DNA of 63,235 nt, filler included, from Perkinsus olseni (lineage: Eukaryota): assembly GCA_013115125.1 (NCBI GenBank). It is 3 parts of 3 records of this genome, joined end to end, with 100 filler letters (N's around TTAATTAATTAA, not from the genome) between each part and the next. Parts side by side here need not be neighbours in the genome. Positions count along the whole stretch, not along the records: positions 21,170 to 42,236 come from JABANN010000563.1; 2 more parts are not named here. One strand, 5' to 3'. Position numbers and translations under genes: made by a program. Positions 24,481-37,379 of the stretch are shown piece by piece. The notes below the pieces were generated by a model. That model had not been told where the DNA came from. It saw nothing but the letters and a program-made list of their open reading frames with translations, and ran no database searches. Position 1 is the first letter of the stretch; every line of letters starts with the position of its first letter.

Positions 24481-24544
24481 CACAGTGTATGCACTTGTGT
24501 TTGAGGCGGGCACTCCGAGGGAGAATATCAGTCCTTTTTGAAGC

Positions 24545-27107
24545 ATGCCCACCGAGAGCTCCAAAGTTGAAGTCAATAGCGCCTGTGCTGAGTTTGGTCC
24601 GGGGTCAGAGACAGGTTCGGGGATGCCCCGACCCGACAAGGAAGTCGTCTATCAGGGAGTTAAGATCGGTAAGTGTCTTGTCTCGATCGGGGGTCCGCCG
24701 CGACTCGCTCCACTACGTACGAGCCAAGCCCGACAATCATAGGCGTATTCCGCTGAGGCGATCGATCATAGAATCGATCATAGAAACTCCAAGAGTGCTT
24801 CCTGGTTGAAAGGCTGGACGAGAGAATGCTCCAGAGACTGGAGGCCAGGCGTTATCATCATCGTGCTTGCGATTCTGTTCAGGCACCATTCGCGCCTCGG
24901 ATGGCTGTGTTGAGGTCACCGACGTTGGTGCAGCTCTGGAAAAACTGACGGAGCACCTTGGGTGGGGAGCGGCGGTCCCTCGGAGTTTATCGTCAGTCGT
25001 CTTTTTAGTGTTGATGATTTGGAAGGCCTTTTGGGTTGTTTGGATGACGATGATCCGCTCAGGGAGCTTAGGGGTGAGTTCGCCAATGAGGTCGAGGGTG
25101 TGACTGACGTATCATATTTTCTGCCGTGCGCCAGCTCAACCTCCCGCTCATTAGATGAGTTTGTCTTCCCTCAATCCCTCCGTGGTGATGCTGGTGACAA
25201 CAACAAGGTCATTTACTTTCTGGGAAACTCCTTGGGGTTGATGTCGCGCCGCGTGAAAGAGTAGGATTCCGCCACTCGGTCATTCTGACACCTCTAGCTG
25301 ATCAATCATCAGACTCGTGAACAGAGAGCTGACCAAGTGGGCCGACCTTGCCATCGAGGGTCACTTCAGAGGCGACCTGCCGTGGATGCCGATGGACCGG
25401 TGACCAACCATTCTCCCCCGTGACCATCTTCGTGGCCGCAGTTACATGTTGAAGGCCATGTCCGCTATCGTAGGAGCCGCCAGCGTCGACGAGGTTGCTC
25501 TGATGAACAGCGTCACGGTCAACCTACATCTACTGCTGGTCAGTCATCGCGTGGAGACATCAGCGCGATCGGAGGTTAGGTACGCTGCTACCGACCCAAG
25601 GGAAAGAGGTTCAAAATCATGTGTGAAGGTGGATGCTTCCCCAGCGATCACTACGCATGTCGGGAAGGCCAGCCGGTCGTCGCCCTCCGGAAACTCGTTT
25701 GTGTGCTTAGTTGTCTCCCAACTGGAGCTGCATGGCTTCACCCGCGAGGAGGCTCTGATTGAGCTGTATCCTCGAGAAGGGGAGTACACTCTGAGGACGG
25801 TGCGTGAGGGCCGTCGAAGGTCCGCTAGAGTCTTGACGGACTTCAGGACGACATACTGGCCGAGATTGACAGGAATAAAGGAAGCCTGGCCGTAGTTTGC
25901 CTCAGTGGTGTGCAGTACTACTCCGGGCAATACTTCAACAGTAGGTATTGTATTCAATTTCAACTGCCAGCTCGCTTCAGTTCCGCTGATAACAGCTGCC
26001 ACTCGGAAGGCGGGAGCCTTCTCCCTCTGGGACCTGGCCCATGCTACTGGAAATGTTGATCTAGCGCTGCACCAGTGGGGTGTTGATGGTAGTAATGGTC
26101 GCCGCCGTCTCCTGTCTGTCTGCTGCTGGTCTCAGGCGCTGTGTGGTGCACCTATAAGTACCTCAACTCTGGAGCTGGGGGGATTGGGGGTCTCTTCCTG
26201 CATCAGAGACATCATCATCGTAACAGTGGTCCGGACCAGCAGCCTTATCTTAAGGGTGAGCTGCCGTGCCGGAAATATCGTCCTGGCGTTGTTGCCAGGC
26301 ATGTGCGTGGATACCACAACATCCGTAACTCAGAAGAGCGATCCAGACCACTCACTTCCGTTTTACTGTGTCAGGGTGGTGGGGCCATCTGGAGTCCACA
26401 CGTTTCGCGATGACCAATGAATGGGAGCCCGAGGTCGGCGCGGCGGCCATGCGGCTGTCGAACGTTCCCATGCTGGCCGGTACGGCGATGATGGGCAGTC
26501 TGGAGATCTTCAGTAAAACCAGCATGACCCAACTCAGGTCAGTCTGGCCGTCGCATGTCGTCATCAGAGAGTACCTTGCCAGGACGAAGTCGATACTCCT
26601 CACCGGCCTGCTGGACCGCGAGCTTCGGCGACTCGCGTGCCCCTCTGATGATGAGGCGACGGAAATTTTCAAGATTATCACGCCGGAAGACCCGTGCCAG
26701 CGAGGAGCGCAGCTGAGCCTGAGGTTCCAGGTGGGTTCATAACCAGTGTCCATGATACCAATTTTTGCGGTAATTGGAAAATGGAAATTTCCCGCAAGCT
26801 CCCTTTCCTGGGAATTCCCCAGTTTTGGCGACCCCTAACCAGGGGCGTCCCTTTGCTTCAGGCAGTACCACCGGGAGCTGCTGAAGAGAACGTGACGGCG
26901 TTCACGTTGAGGGTTCATCGTCAACTCGAGGCTAGAGGGGTTATTACGGACTACCGGTAGGCAAACCAAGCTGATACTTTACTTTCACCATACCGTAACT
27001 TTAGGAACCCCAATCTCATTCGTGCCGCACCAGCACCGCTGTATTGCCGATTTGCTGATGTGGGTGACTTCATCTGTCGTTTGCAAAGTGCACTGTTCGA
27101 CCTATGA
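24545..27107 (+). CDS. KYNU: Kynureninase (PLP-dependent; multi-exon)
   Basis: [68 protein letters not shown] and IRAAPAPLY. Confidence 0.94.
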
Positions 27108-27711
27108 TACGAGTGGTCATGTCGCTGACGTTTCCTCGTCTGCTAAAGATTAGTTCATGTGTTAACAAAATCCAAAGTACCATCATGAGAAATACCATGC
27201 CACGCTGAGCTGCTCAAAAGCATCCAAGGTTCATCCGTGCAATTCTCACTGAAGCTCACCGAAACGTACTCGAGAATCGGCCCATCCGCACTCCGACGTG
27301 CGTGATAATATGATGCCAAGACAAGCAACAGATTAGTCTCGTCTTTTGGAAGGCGGGGAGATTCTTCTGCCGGTTGTCTTTCCCCCAGTTCGGTTTGTTC
27401 GAGCGTTTTTCGTCCAAGTGCCATCGCTAGGCGACGCTCTCTTCACAATGAGTCGATCTCGCCATTTAGTTGGAGACAACTCGACGCAGTTTTACATGAA
27501 ACTCTAGGAGCCCGATACAGGCTGTGTTGACGTGATCAGCGGCGGTGGCGGCTGCGCTGCGGGCGTGTCATCCGTCATCACCACGTCATTATTCTCTTGC
27601 TGGCCCGCGGCATCACCTGAGGACGACCCGAATCAAGCGGCTATTCAAATGATATTCTCGGCAAATATTTACCAAACAGAAAGTAGAAAATCGTGTCAAA
27701 TCTGAATCGCT

Positions 27712-30073
27712 TCAATCGTGCTGATGATGGACGGACGAACGGTGAGACGGAACCCAAGCCCGACTACTGTGTGATGACGCCGTGACCCCGGTCGTTGGAG
27801 GGCCTTGCTGGTAATGCCGGTTGATATCCTGATTCCAGTCCTCGCCCACATTAAGCTGTCTATGTTGTGATGCTGCTGATTTAAACATGTCGAACACTCC
27901 ACCCTCCACTTCTATCGGCAACTCGGGCATCTTCGGCGCCGCGCACTGCCTTATTTTGTAACTGCTTGTGAGCATCAACCGCCGCTGAACTTCCGCACCC
28001 ATGACCCTACATTTCCATTTTCCCATTGGCAAGGGCCACAGCAACGCAATCGCTCCACTGCGAGTCCTTACTGCTTTTCAAGGCAGCAGTAACAGCTGCA
28101 CATATCGTGACATGAGTTAGCTTCTGAGCACCTGGTCGAGGATGTGCGCCCGAGTGCCGGACACGCCGCAGCACCTTTATTCCGGAGATCTAGCTGATTA
28201 ACAGTCTCCGGCGCCCTACCGTCGGCCCAGGCGGCGTCGGGCCCGTCTGGCAGTACGTGAGTTTGCACAGTCCCGTCCGAAGACCTGTCCAGTGGGGGTA
28301 TGGTTCGAAGGAACGTTAACAGGCTTACACAAACGAGAGGAGGAAGTTGGCGGGTTGCAGCCCGGGAGCCTCGGAAATGAGGATGCTTCTCAAACGAGAA
28401 CTGTAGTTGAGGGGAATCGAACCGAGGACCTGACGGGTGAGAACAGACGCTGCTAACGTGGCGGCCAATAAATCTTGTTACCGCGGGATTGCTGGTTTTG
28501 CGGCTTTTCGTCCCGCTCGAGTTGCTCTTCTCTCCACTATCTTCCACAAGATAGCCGGATACCCGCAGCCTGGATGATGGTAGAATGACAAAAGCACGCA
28601 GGTTCGAAACCCACACCCTGCAACTACATGTCCAGTGCCACAATCCTTCCAACATTGGCCTCGCCGCCCACCAAAAGCGTGTCACCATGCATAGCAAGAG
28701 AACGCACAGGAGAAGCTACTGCAGACTTGAAACCTGTCCAACCACCATCCAGTCGGAAAGCAGCCCCCCACTATCATCATTACATTGAAGGACGCCTCGG
28801 AGATCACACTCGAGACGAAGATTATTATCCTCGACCTCACAGATGAGTCGAGCTAGACCCACGTAGCCACTCGAAGTTCCATAAGCCAGATAGGAGCCAT
28901 CGGACGACTGACGAGTCCACGATTCGTAATAGCGTTGGCTGCCTTCCTTACCAAGTGCATGGCAGTGACGCAGCCAAGATACGTTTTCTTCGCTCCTCGG
29001 TAAAGACAGTCCACTGGAGGGATCAGTCGTCTCGCCGGCCGCTTCCCGCCACGGACGGCGGCGGTGCTTTCCGAGGACGCATCAGTCGCCAAATCGGTGA
29101 AGTGAATCTTCCCACCAGCAGACCCAACAGACACCTGAATGACGGCGCCTGCGACCAAGGCTGGCTGCGACCAATCCCTACCAGTACGTTATACCGACCG
29201 GCCTCCCGTGTGAGGATGGCGATATGGTCGATATCACCGATGTCGATGGTCTTGCCACCAACGGCAGGGATGTTACGACTGAGGGTAGTGCCCTGGGGTC
29301 AGCACAACAGTTGAGATGGTACTACTAGTGCTCATATTTCCCCTGTCGCGATCGTTTCCAAACTCTAACTGTGGAATCCAGACCACTGGTCACGATGACT
29401 GAAAATGAGCGGGCCTTGCTCGACTTCCAAAGTCGCGAAGAAGAGTTCGGATAGTTCCTCGCCTACAGAAAGCGCTTGAGTGGGTGATATCTTTGGACTG
29501 CGTGAGTTTATAGTCCAACGCTGGGTCGGCTTAGACGCTTGTCGATGTGCTCAGCTAGGGACTCTCTGTAACGTTGATATGCAGTGCAAGGAGACGGATC
29601 GTCAAGAAGCTTCCCTCTGGGGTAAATTCAAACAGGGAAGCTAACTCCGAGTGAAAAAAGTGTATGAAAATTAAGAAAAAAATGCAAAAAGTTGAAAAAT
29701 GAAAGGAAAAGGTCGAGAATCTGTAAGGCTCGCCTGCGGTTGCGGAGGCCTTCCTGAGTACTACCGGTCCCAACGCAGTTGACGGCGATGTCCGACACGC
29801 CGTATTTGTGGTCAGGGAGCTCCGATACCTCCTCCAGCTGCGGTTGGTCGCCCGCAGCACTGTAGCGGAAGACCTGAATCATAGGTTGAAGCCGGCAAGA
29901 TACGTGTGAGGTCATGATAATGGCGCCCAGCCTACCATCACGCTTTCTTCATTCGGGGATCCGATTACGAAAAGTGATTCATCATTGCCGTATCGAAAAA
30001 AGCGAATTATCGACGCCGGTGACGGACAGAACTTCCTGGGCGAGAAGGACAGCAGTGGCGAGATGGTGTCCAT
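27712..30073 (-). CDS. Divergent WD40-repeat protein, Ski8/WDR61-like; 3' end approximate
   Basis: Spliced pieces LFVIGSPNEESVM|VFRY...LPDHKYGVSDIAVN, VIVTSGLDSTVRVWK, VSVGSAGGKIHF, SPVRSLAMHGDTLLVGG and SSDGTVQ follow the order of WDR61 blades; long intron at 29399-29764. Confidence 0.6.
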
Positions 30074-31042
30074 GAAAGGAAAGTACTACAGCGCGAGTCA
30101 GGCAGACAACATATCATCTCTTTTGACACCTATTCTTTGGTCGTAGGGCAACAGTTGAGGTAATAAATCATTTCACCCGGGTTCGATCCCCGGTGAGGGG
30201 ATTTCTCTCAACGGAAAATACACTAGACCATCGCTGTACGGCTTTTGCTGGGGTTCGTGCGGTCGGCAAGTGGACGGTATAGCGATACGCCCCTTCGAGG
30301 ATCACTTGAGATGATCATCAATCATACCCCGAGTGATGACGATCTCGCCCCACCATCCGTCGATTCTCAGAGTTGACAGAGGACGACGCTTTACTCGGGG
30401 AGTGTCGGTGGTGGCGATCGTCTCAAGGACCTTGGCTATCGTCCCTTGGCTGTGATGAGATCACCAACGTCGATCACCGATATGAAATTGATGCCATGCC
30501 TTTGCACAGCGTGTGTAGTTTACTGTCAATTTTTGTCAAGCTAACAGCTCCGCCATTGAACCCCCTCTCCCCCCAGCACGCATGCGCATCGTTAAGGCGC
30601 CTTGCATGAGGGAAGTCAGAATAGATTTCTTCTCTCAACCTCTGCCCTCTTCTGTGGCATCGGGCCACTCTGGTGCCTTTGACTTGGCTCAGACTCTGGA
30701 AAGTTCTCCGTTAAAGTAGATCGGAACTGTGCGAGTTTTTTGTCACGTTCGAGAACCCTCAAACATGTACTACATTACACGAAGACAGTACGCAAGTTCG
30801 GTCGACACGCAAGTGCATCTCCAGGCAGTTGAGCCAGGTTCAAGGGAGAGGGAATTCATGGTCTCACACAGTTATAGATCGGTATCAAAAAATCGGTATT
30901 GCTGCGAAGTAGGCACTTACTAGTCTCTGCACGGGTGTTGAGCGAACCGGGCGAGTACATATCGCCTGGGCGAGCCCTGAACGCATTGCAGACTGCAAAG
31001 CCATCGTGATCACGTTCGCTCACAGCACTATTCACCCTAAAA

Positions 31043-33180
31043 ATGGCATACGATGGTATATGGTTCTCGATAGAAGAAGCAGATAGGGTCTTCAATGCAT
31101 TTCTGTATAAAATCTTCCGTCGAGAGGGGAAGAAGCCGTCGCCCACCTACGACTTTATCGCCGATTTCCTAACAAAGGAGGTCCTCGGTTGGCTGATAAC
31201 ATTCCCGTACGAACTCTTGGCCAAATTCGTAGCACGAGGAGTCTATCATATCAATGGTGTGGCGTCGGCAAGTGTTGTTGGTGTAAGAACAAGTGTATCA
31301 CATATCGGGTATTGGCATCATCATCCTCCCTTCTCAGCTACTGGCTGGACTAACCCTCCCATCACCTTACAAGGAGTTCGCCTATGGTGGTGGTTTCACA
31401 TCAACCTCTTCTAATTCGGTGAGCCAATTTGAATCGCACGAAATGCCGAAATCGACCTAAAGATACCCATCTAGCGAAGTTGAATAACTTTTCTCGCTAC
31501 GCCAGAGTGCTGCTTGTCATAATCATCATCCGAAGTTCACATGTACTTACCATCCAGCAAGGTCGTTTCCTAGGACTATCCAGCGGTAACATCATCATTT
31601 TTTCCTCGCCCTTTGTCGCATCGGACTGGGAACATAAAATTCTTATTCTTCTTCTCGCGCAGCACCCCTTCGGCCAGGCAGGTGATAGCCAGTACAGGGG
31701 TATAGCTGCGGGCTCATATAAAATTAGGTCCTATTAATATAATATATATGCCAACTCTATGCATGCCCTTCACCTTCATTGATGAGATAATTATCATCAT
31801 TTGATTCACTGTCTCGCGAGGCTGACTTCACTCTCAAGTGAAAAGGAGTCGCCTTCTTATTTCTGCAGGCTTTTACCATCCAGTGGGAAGCCTTCATCTG
31901 CTTCGTCTTCGTTACCGTCAACAATGCCTTCCGACCGATTCTTAACGCTCTTGGAGGCAAACTAGGTGATCCCTCCAGCAGCTGCTCACCGTCTCCACGG
32001 CTCGGAACTCAGGGATGACGGTCTACGTCTCCGGCCACCTCAACGCTTTGCTCATCATCGCACTTAGTGGTGCCACTTTCGAGACCGCCAGTCTGGATCC
32101 GACTGAGAGATTCAATACTTGGTGGGTCAAAATTTGACCCTATTTGACCGTCAAATAGGTGTGGGGGGGGATCGTTGGGCGAAAGAGGACTTCTCAGGGT
32201 GGACTTCTGGTTCCACCGTTATAATAAGGGTAGTATCGTCACTAACGTGTTTGTGGACATCGCCTACGTCCTCGCCTGTGCCTTGGCTGGGGTAAGTCCG
32301 CCACTGCCATTGTTGTTTCAACGCCCGTCTTCCCTCCTCAGTGCGCCACCTTGTGGCTTCATGTTCATTTCGACAAGAACTCGAATCCTGTGGTGGCCTC
32401 CTCCTTAGTATCATTAGCAGCTGGCCTTTACCTTCCCCCTTCAACCAACCCCCTCAACTTCTTCATCTGGACCGGTTCTTTCGTTGGTAACAGCCATACC
32501 ACTCCTCGCCGTCATCGCCATCGATGATTCATCAGGCATGAGTAATCCCGCGGCCAAGCCCGGTGCCTACGCCCTCGTCCACTTTGACAATAAACCCCAG
32601 GTGTACTCCGATATGGTATCCTTATTTATCACCGGTATCATTGCCGGTCTCATTCAAATAGCCATCTGGTGGACCGCTCCCGGCATCGGCGGCAAATTCG
32701 GATTCATCGCCCACTGTGCATGTAAGCCCGTCAGTTTCCCATGGCATCCTCTCCTCTAACATCATCTCGTCAGGCCTGCCCATGCGTCTCTTCACGAAGT
32801 GGCGACAGCGGAAACGGTCGCGTGAAATCGTGGCCGACTCCGTCGTAGGGCAACCTGATTCAGTCAAGGCTTCCCTCAGCGATCTCCAGCCGACCGATGC
32901 CGAGTCGTCCGACGAACCCTTATCTGAGCAGGCCTTGCCGAATGAGAAGGACTCGGAGAACGAGAGCTCCTCTGAGTTCTTCTCCGACCTAGACGAAGAA
33001 GCGGCCGACGAGGAGTTGATCGAGGGTGATCTGAAAGTGAGGGTGGACCAGTCCGAGGACGGGTTAGAAGTTGTAGAAAAGTTGAACACGGCAGCTCACC
33101 ACGGGGGAAAGGATCCCGAAGGGGAGGAGATGAACCACATCAAGAGAAGAACCACGACGGAGATGCAGGAATACCTGTAA
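31043..33180 (+). CDS. Uncharacterised multi-pass membrane protein with internal duplication (copy 1)
   Basis: Two homologous halves (FAYGGGFTS...ALGGKLG and FIWTGSFVGMS...GIGGKFGFIA), many hydrophobic helices and an acidic C-terminal tail. Confidence 0.85.
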
Positions 33181-34124
33181 CACGATTCTGCCGCTTCTCG
33201 GTGGGCTTGGACCCGACAGGCTCCATCTCGCCCTAGTTAGTCGTGACTTGCCATCGTCTGATGCGTGCTGCTGTGCGCGAAGGGACGAAGTGTTCACGAA
33301 TCTTCTTACTTTCCCGCATCTCATTTTTCTTCAATTTTTTTGCTTCTCGGTTTCAAGTCAGAGAGTATTTTTGTTGTTGTTTTTTCTCATTCGACGGGAA
33401 GTTTTTTGAAGTAAACGGAAGAGCTGTCTCGAGGGAGTGTTCACCACTAGATACAGAGAGGCCACCGTTACGTTACCGCCTTTACACGCTTCGAGTAGAC
33501 CGTATTAACTGCCTGGGAAGTCTGGCTCAGGACGATGGGTATATCGACGGCCGCGGCCGCCTCCTCCGTTGGCTCTGTCACGGCTTAGCCTCGCAGTAAT
33601 ACACGTTGCCATCAAGCGGGCTTGTAATCGTCCCTCCTCAGTTCAAACTTCAGAACTCTGACATAGAGACTCGACAGGCCAAGTAAAGAGTGGCCGCGGC
33701 GTCCTGACTTGGAAGGAGAGGGCTGCTAATCTGTCTACTTCATCATCCACTGCGCACAACGTCACGCTGTCTCCACGTCAACGCTTCCAGCACGAGGCCC
33801 TCCACCCGAGAGCCCGCTGTTCACGACGGAGGCTTCCAAAGCGGCAGGCAACAGCAAGAGACACCCGAGTCGAGGGTGATCGAGCATCGCATGAGTTCAT
33901 CGCCAATGGCCGGGCAGCTTCCATAAGTATTCAGCAGAGGGGCCTACCGCCAAATCGAAGAACGCCGATTAGAAGTTGGGGAAATTAAGGGAATCAAGCT
34001 GGTCGAACTTCATGAGTTCCTCTTTCCGTCACGTGCAAGCTTGGCTTCATTCAGTCCAGGGATAACAACGAGTATCTAAGGTTGATGCGAGGCTTCGACA
34101 GATACACCCCCCCGCTCAAGAAAT

Positions 34125-34208
34125 GATTCCGAAACTCAGAATCGATTCTGGAATTGATTTTTACACGTAAACGCGGGGCTTCCAGATTCTACTCTGAGTT
34201 TCAGAATT
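34125..34208. mobile_element. ~84-nt hairpin MITE-like element; partial second copy at 39255-39319
   Basis: GATTCCGAAACTCAGAATCGATTCTGGA pairs imperfectly with TCCAGATTCTACTCTGAGTTTCAGAATT; a related AGAATCGATTCT / TTACACGTAA sequence occurs at 39255-39319. Confidence 0.6.
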
Positions 34209-34766
34209 GGTTCATTGACCGAGGTCGTAATAACAAGGAAAGTACTGACGATATCAATTCAATAAACCAACACCACCTTCTGGTGGGATGTTGCCCAGCT
34301 CGTGTGCATGCGTGCTTTATCTATAGCTAATCGGCGCGGCTGGTGCAGTTGGTCGTCGTCCCAGCTCTTAGCGCCCTCGATCATCATTCCCCTTCCTTAC
34401 CACTTAACCTAAGGCCCCTCGTGGTCGTGTTAACTGAATCGGAGCACTAGAGTGACCACTAGTTCATACCTTATCCGAGCCCTCAACAACCTTGCTCGCG
34501 TCCCCGCACGCATGCACACGTCGGTGAGAGAAACAATTTCGAACAGATGCGTTGCCATCATCATCAGCAGGAGGAGCTGGCCCCCTCTTGGCAAGACATG
34601 CCCGATGGAGCGAGCGCTTGGAACTAATCACCTCCCTCTCTTCCTCGAACTCTGCGCCACCGCAACGCAACCGGCGTCAAGGGGTTGGGCGAGCGAGATT
34701 TTCTCTCGATATTTTTTCAATTCTTCAATGGATGCGAAATCTTTCCGTACCATTTTTCTTCCGGCA

Positions 34767-35281
34767 CAAATTCTTCCGCGCGCGCCACAAATCTTTTTCC
34801 CGTGGCACAAATTCTTCCTCTGAGGCATACTCGGTTAAGTCATCACTTGTATAACAGCCTTGCCTTGTATAACAGCCTTGCCTTGCATAACAGTTCGGGT
34901 TTCGGGTTTCCCTCAGTAACAGCCCAGCCCCGGGTAACACCTCGGGTTTCGGGTTGCCCTGTAATCATTGTTTTTTTCTTCTCGGCCCCGGCTGTAACAG
35001 CCCAGCCTTGTATAACAGCCCAGCTTGTATAACAGTTCGTACCTTGAGCTTTGTAACGCACCCGTGGATTGAATTCGGCCTTGCAATCGATGGTTTTACC
35101 CCGCAGTTTTTTTACTGAAGGTGCTTCTATAAGGAAGCACCTATCAGAAGAAGTACTAACAGTGCGCCCCCACGCGGATAGCCCCCAAAATGGAGTTTGC
35201 TCTGAATAGGATTCTTTGTGCCCTCCAAAAGAAATTTGTGCCCCGGAAAAATAAATTAGTGCCGGGCGCGCGAAAATTTCC
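34767..35281. mobile_element. Non-autonomous TIR element (~515 nt) with internal tandem repeats
   Basis: ~60-nt imperfect inverted termini (34767-34827 vs 35219-35281) built from GGCACAAATT units; internal (GTA)TAACAGCC repeats at 34849-35040. Confidence 0.65.
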
Positions 35282-35595
35282 AATCTTTCCTCATCTTTAG
35301 CAGAGCAAGTTTAAATAACGAAATGGAACCTGTTGGTCACTTTTACAAGCCGAGTCTCGTTTCGGAGGCGATTCTGAATTACTTCATAATCCTTCCGTTG
35401 AACCCTTTCCGATGATTCCGCCGGTCTTCTCCTGTTCGACTTTGGCGTTGTCGGTTGACCTCCCTTCATGCACGGACTTGGGAGGCTGGGCAGCAGTCCA
35501 TGGGAGTATCTTTCCTTGGGTTGATGACTTTGTTCTCCTCTTTTAGTCATTCACTTTGGCTCTTCACTCGGAGCTGTTGTTAACTATAATAAGTA

Positions 35596-37379
35596 ATGGC
35601 ATACGATGGTATATGGTTCTCGATAGAAGAAGCAGAGAGGGTCTTCAATGCATTCCTGTATAAAATCTTCCGTCGAGAGGGGAAGAAGCCGTCGCCCACC
35701 TACGACTTTATCGCCGATTTCCTAACGAAGGAGGTCCTCGGTTGGCTGATAACATTTCCGTACGAACTCTTGGCCAAATACGTAGCACGAGGAGTCTATC
35801 ATATCAATGGTGTGGCGTCGGCAAGTGTTGTTGGTGTAAGAACAAGTGTATCACATATCGGGTATTGGCATCATCATCCTCCCTTCTCAGCTACTGGCTG
35901 GACTAACCCTCCCATCACCTTACAAGGAGTTCGCCTATGGTGGTGGTTTCACATCATGCTCGACCAACGCGGTAGGCAGTGGCCTATTGACACTGATCGA
36001 AGATACCTTTTGTTATTTTCCTCAGGCGTTCACTATAAAGTGGGAGGCTTTCATATGCTTCGTCTTCATCACTGTCAATAACGCCTTTCGTCCGATCCTC
36101 AACGGTTTAGGTGGCAAATTAGGTAATTTCCAATTTATGCTACTTTACCATTATTAACCTATTTTTCTCTTCCCCAGGTATGACGGTGTACGTGGCTGGC
36201 CACATCAGCGCCTTATTCATTGTGGCCTTCCAAAGTGGTACTTTCGAGACCACCTGTCTCGACCCGACAGCACGTTTCGGGACTTGGTAATTCTGGCCTA
36301 CCTTACGCTATCATATTCTTCCTCGTTCTCAGGGTGGACTTCTGGTTCCACCGTTATAATAATGGTAGTATCGTCACTAACGTGTTTGTTGACATCGCCT
36401 ACGTCCTCGCCTGCGCCTTGGCTGGGGTAAGTCCGCCACTGCCATTGTTGTTCCAACGCCTGTCTTCCCTCCTCAGTGCGTCACCTTGTGGCTTCATGTT
36501 CATTTCGATAAGAACTCGAATCCTGTGGTGGCCTCTTCATTAGTATCATTAGCAGCTGGCCTTTACCTTCCCCCTTCAACCAACCCCCTCAACTTCTTCA
36601 TTTGGACCGGTTCTTTCGTTGGTAATAGCCATACCACTCCTCGCCATCATCGTCACTCTTGTTGTCACCATCAGGCATGAGTGCCCCAGCGGCCAAGCCC
36701 GGTGCCTACGCCCTCGTCCACTTTGACAATAAACCCCAGGTGTACTCCGATATGGTATCTTTATTTATCACCGGTATCATTGCCGGTCTCATTCAAATAG
36801 CCATCTGGTGGACCGCTCCCGGCATCGGCGGCAAATTCGGATTTATCGCCCACTGTGCATGTAAGCCCGTCAGTTTGGTCATTCCTGTTGACACCCCTCT
36901 TGCCAGGCCTGCCCATGCATCTCTTCACGAAGTGGCGCAACAACAGACGAGAGCGGAAAGCAGCGCTGAAGGACGACGGCCTGGTTGCGAAGAAGGGTAA
37001 TTATGATGACGACGATTCTTACGTGACGGAAATGAAGCCAAAGGCTGCGGTCTGGGAGGATGACGACGAGGAGGATGTGATGACGTCAGTGGACGGGTTG
37101 AAGGGCGCCTCTGGCGACGAGCCCGATCCTGAGGGTGATGATAGCACTTCCGAGTCGTCATCGTTTGGTATGGGTGAAGATGCTGCTGCTGGTGTGTTCG
37201 GCGGCCGACCCCCGACTGAGATGCGTCCGATGCAGGCAGCTGACCATGAACCCGAGGAGGAGGAAGACGGTGTGATTGTGGAGAGGTTGGAGATGCCCCA
37301 AGCAGGCAGCAGACGAGGGGACGAGAGCGGTAGTGAGTTGAAGCTGAGGTCGATGTCACAAGTGCAATCGTATCTTTGA
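35596..37379 (+). CDS. Uncharacterised multi-pass membrane protein (copy 2)
   Basis: Same exon structure and motifs as copy 1 (NGLGGKLG, GSFVGMS, GIGGKFG); different acidic tail. Confidence 0.85.
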
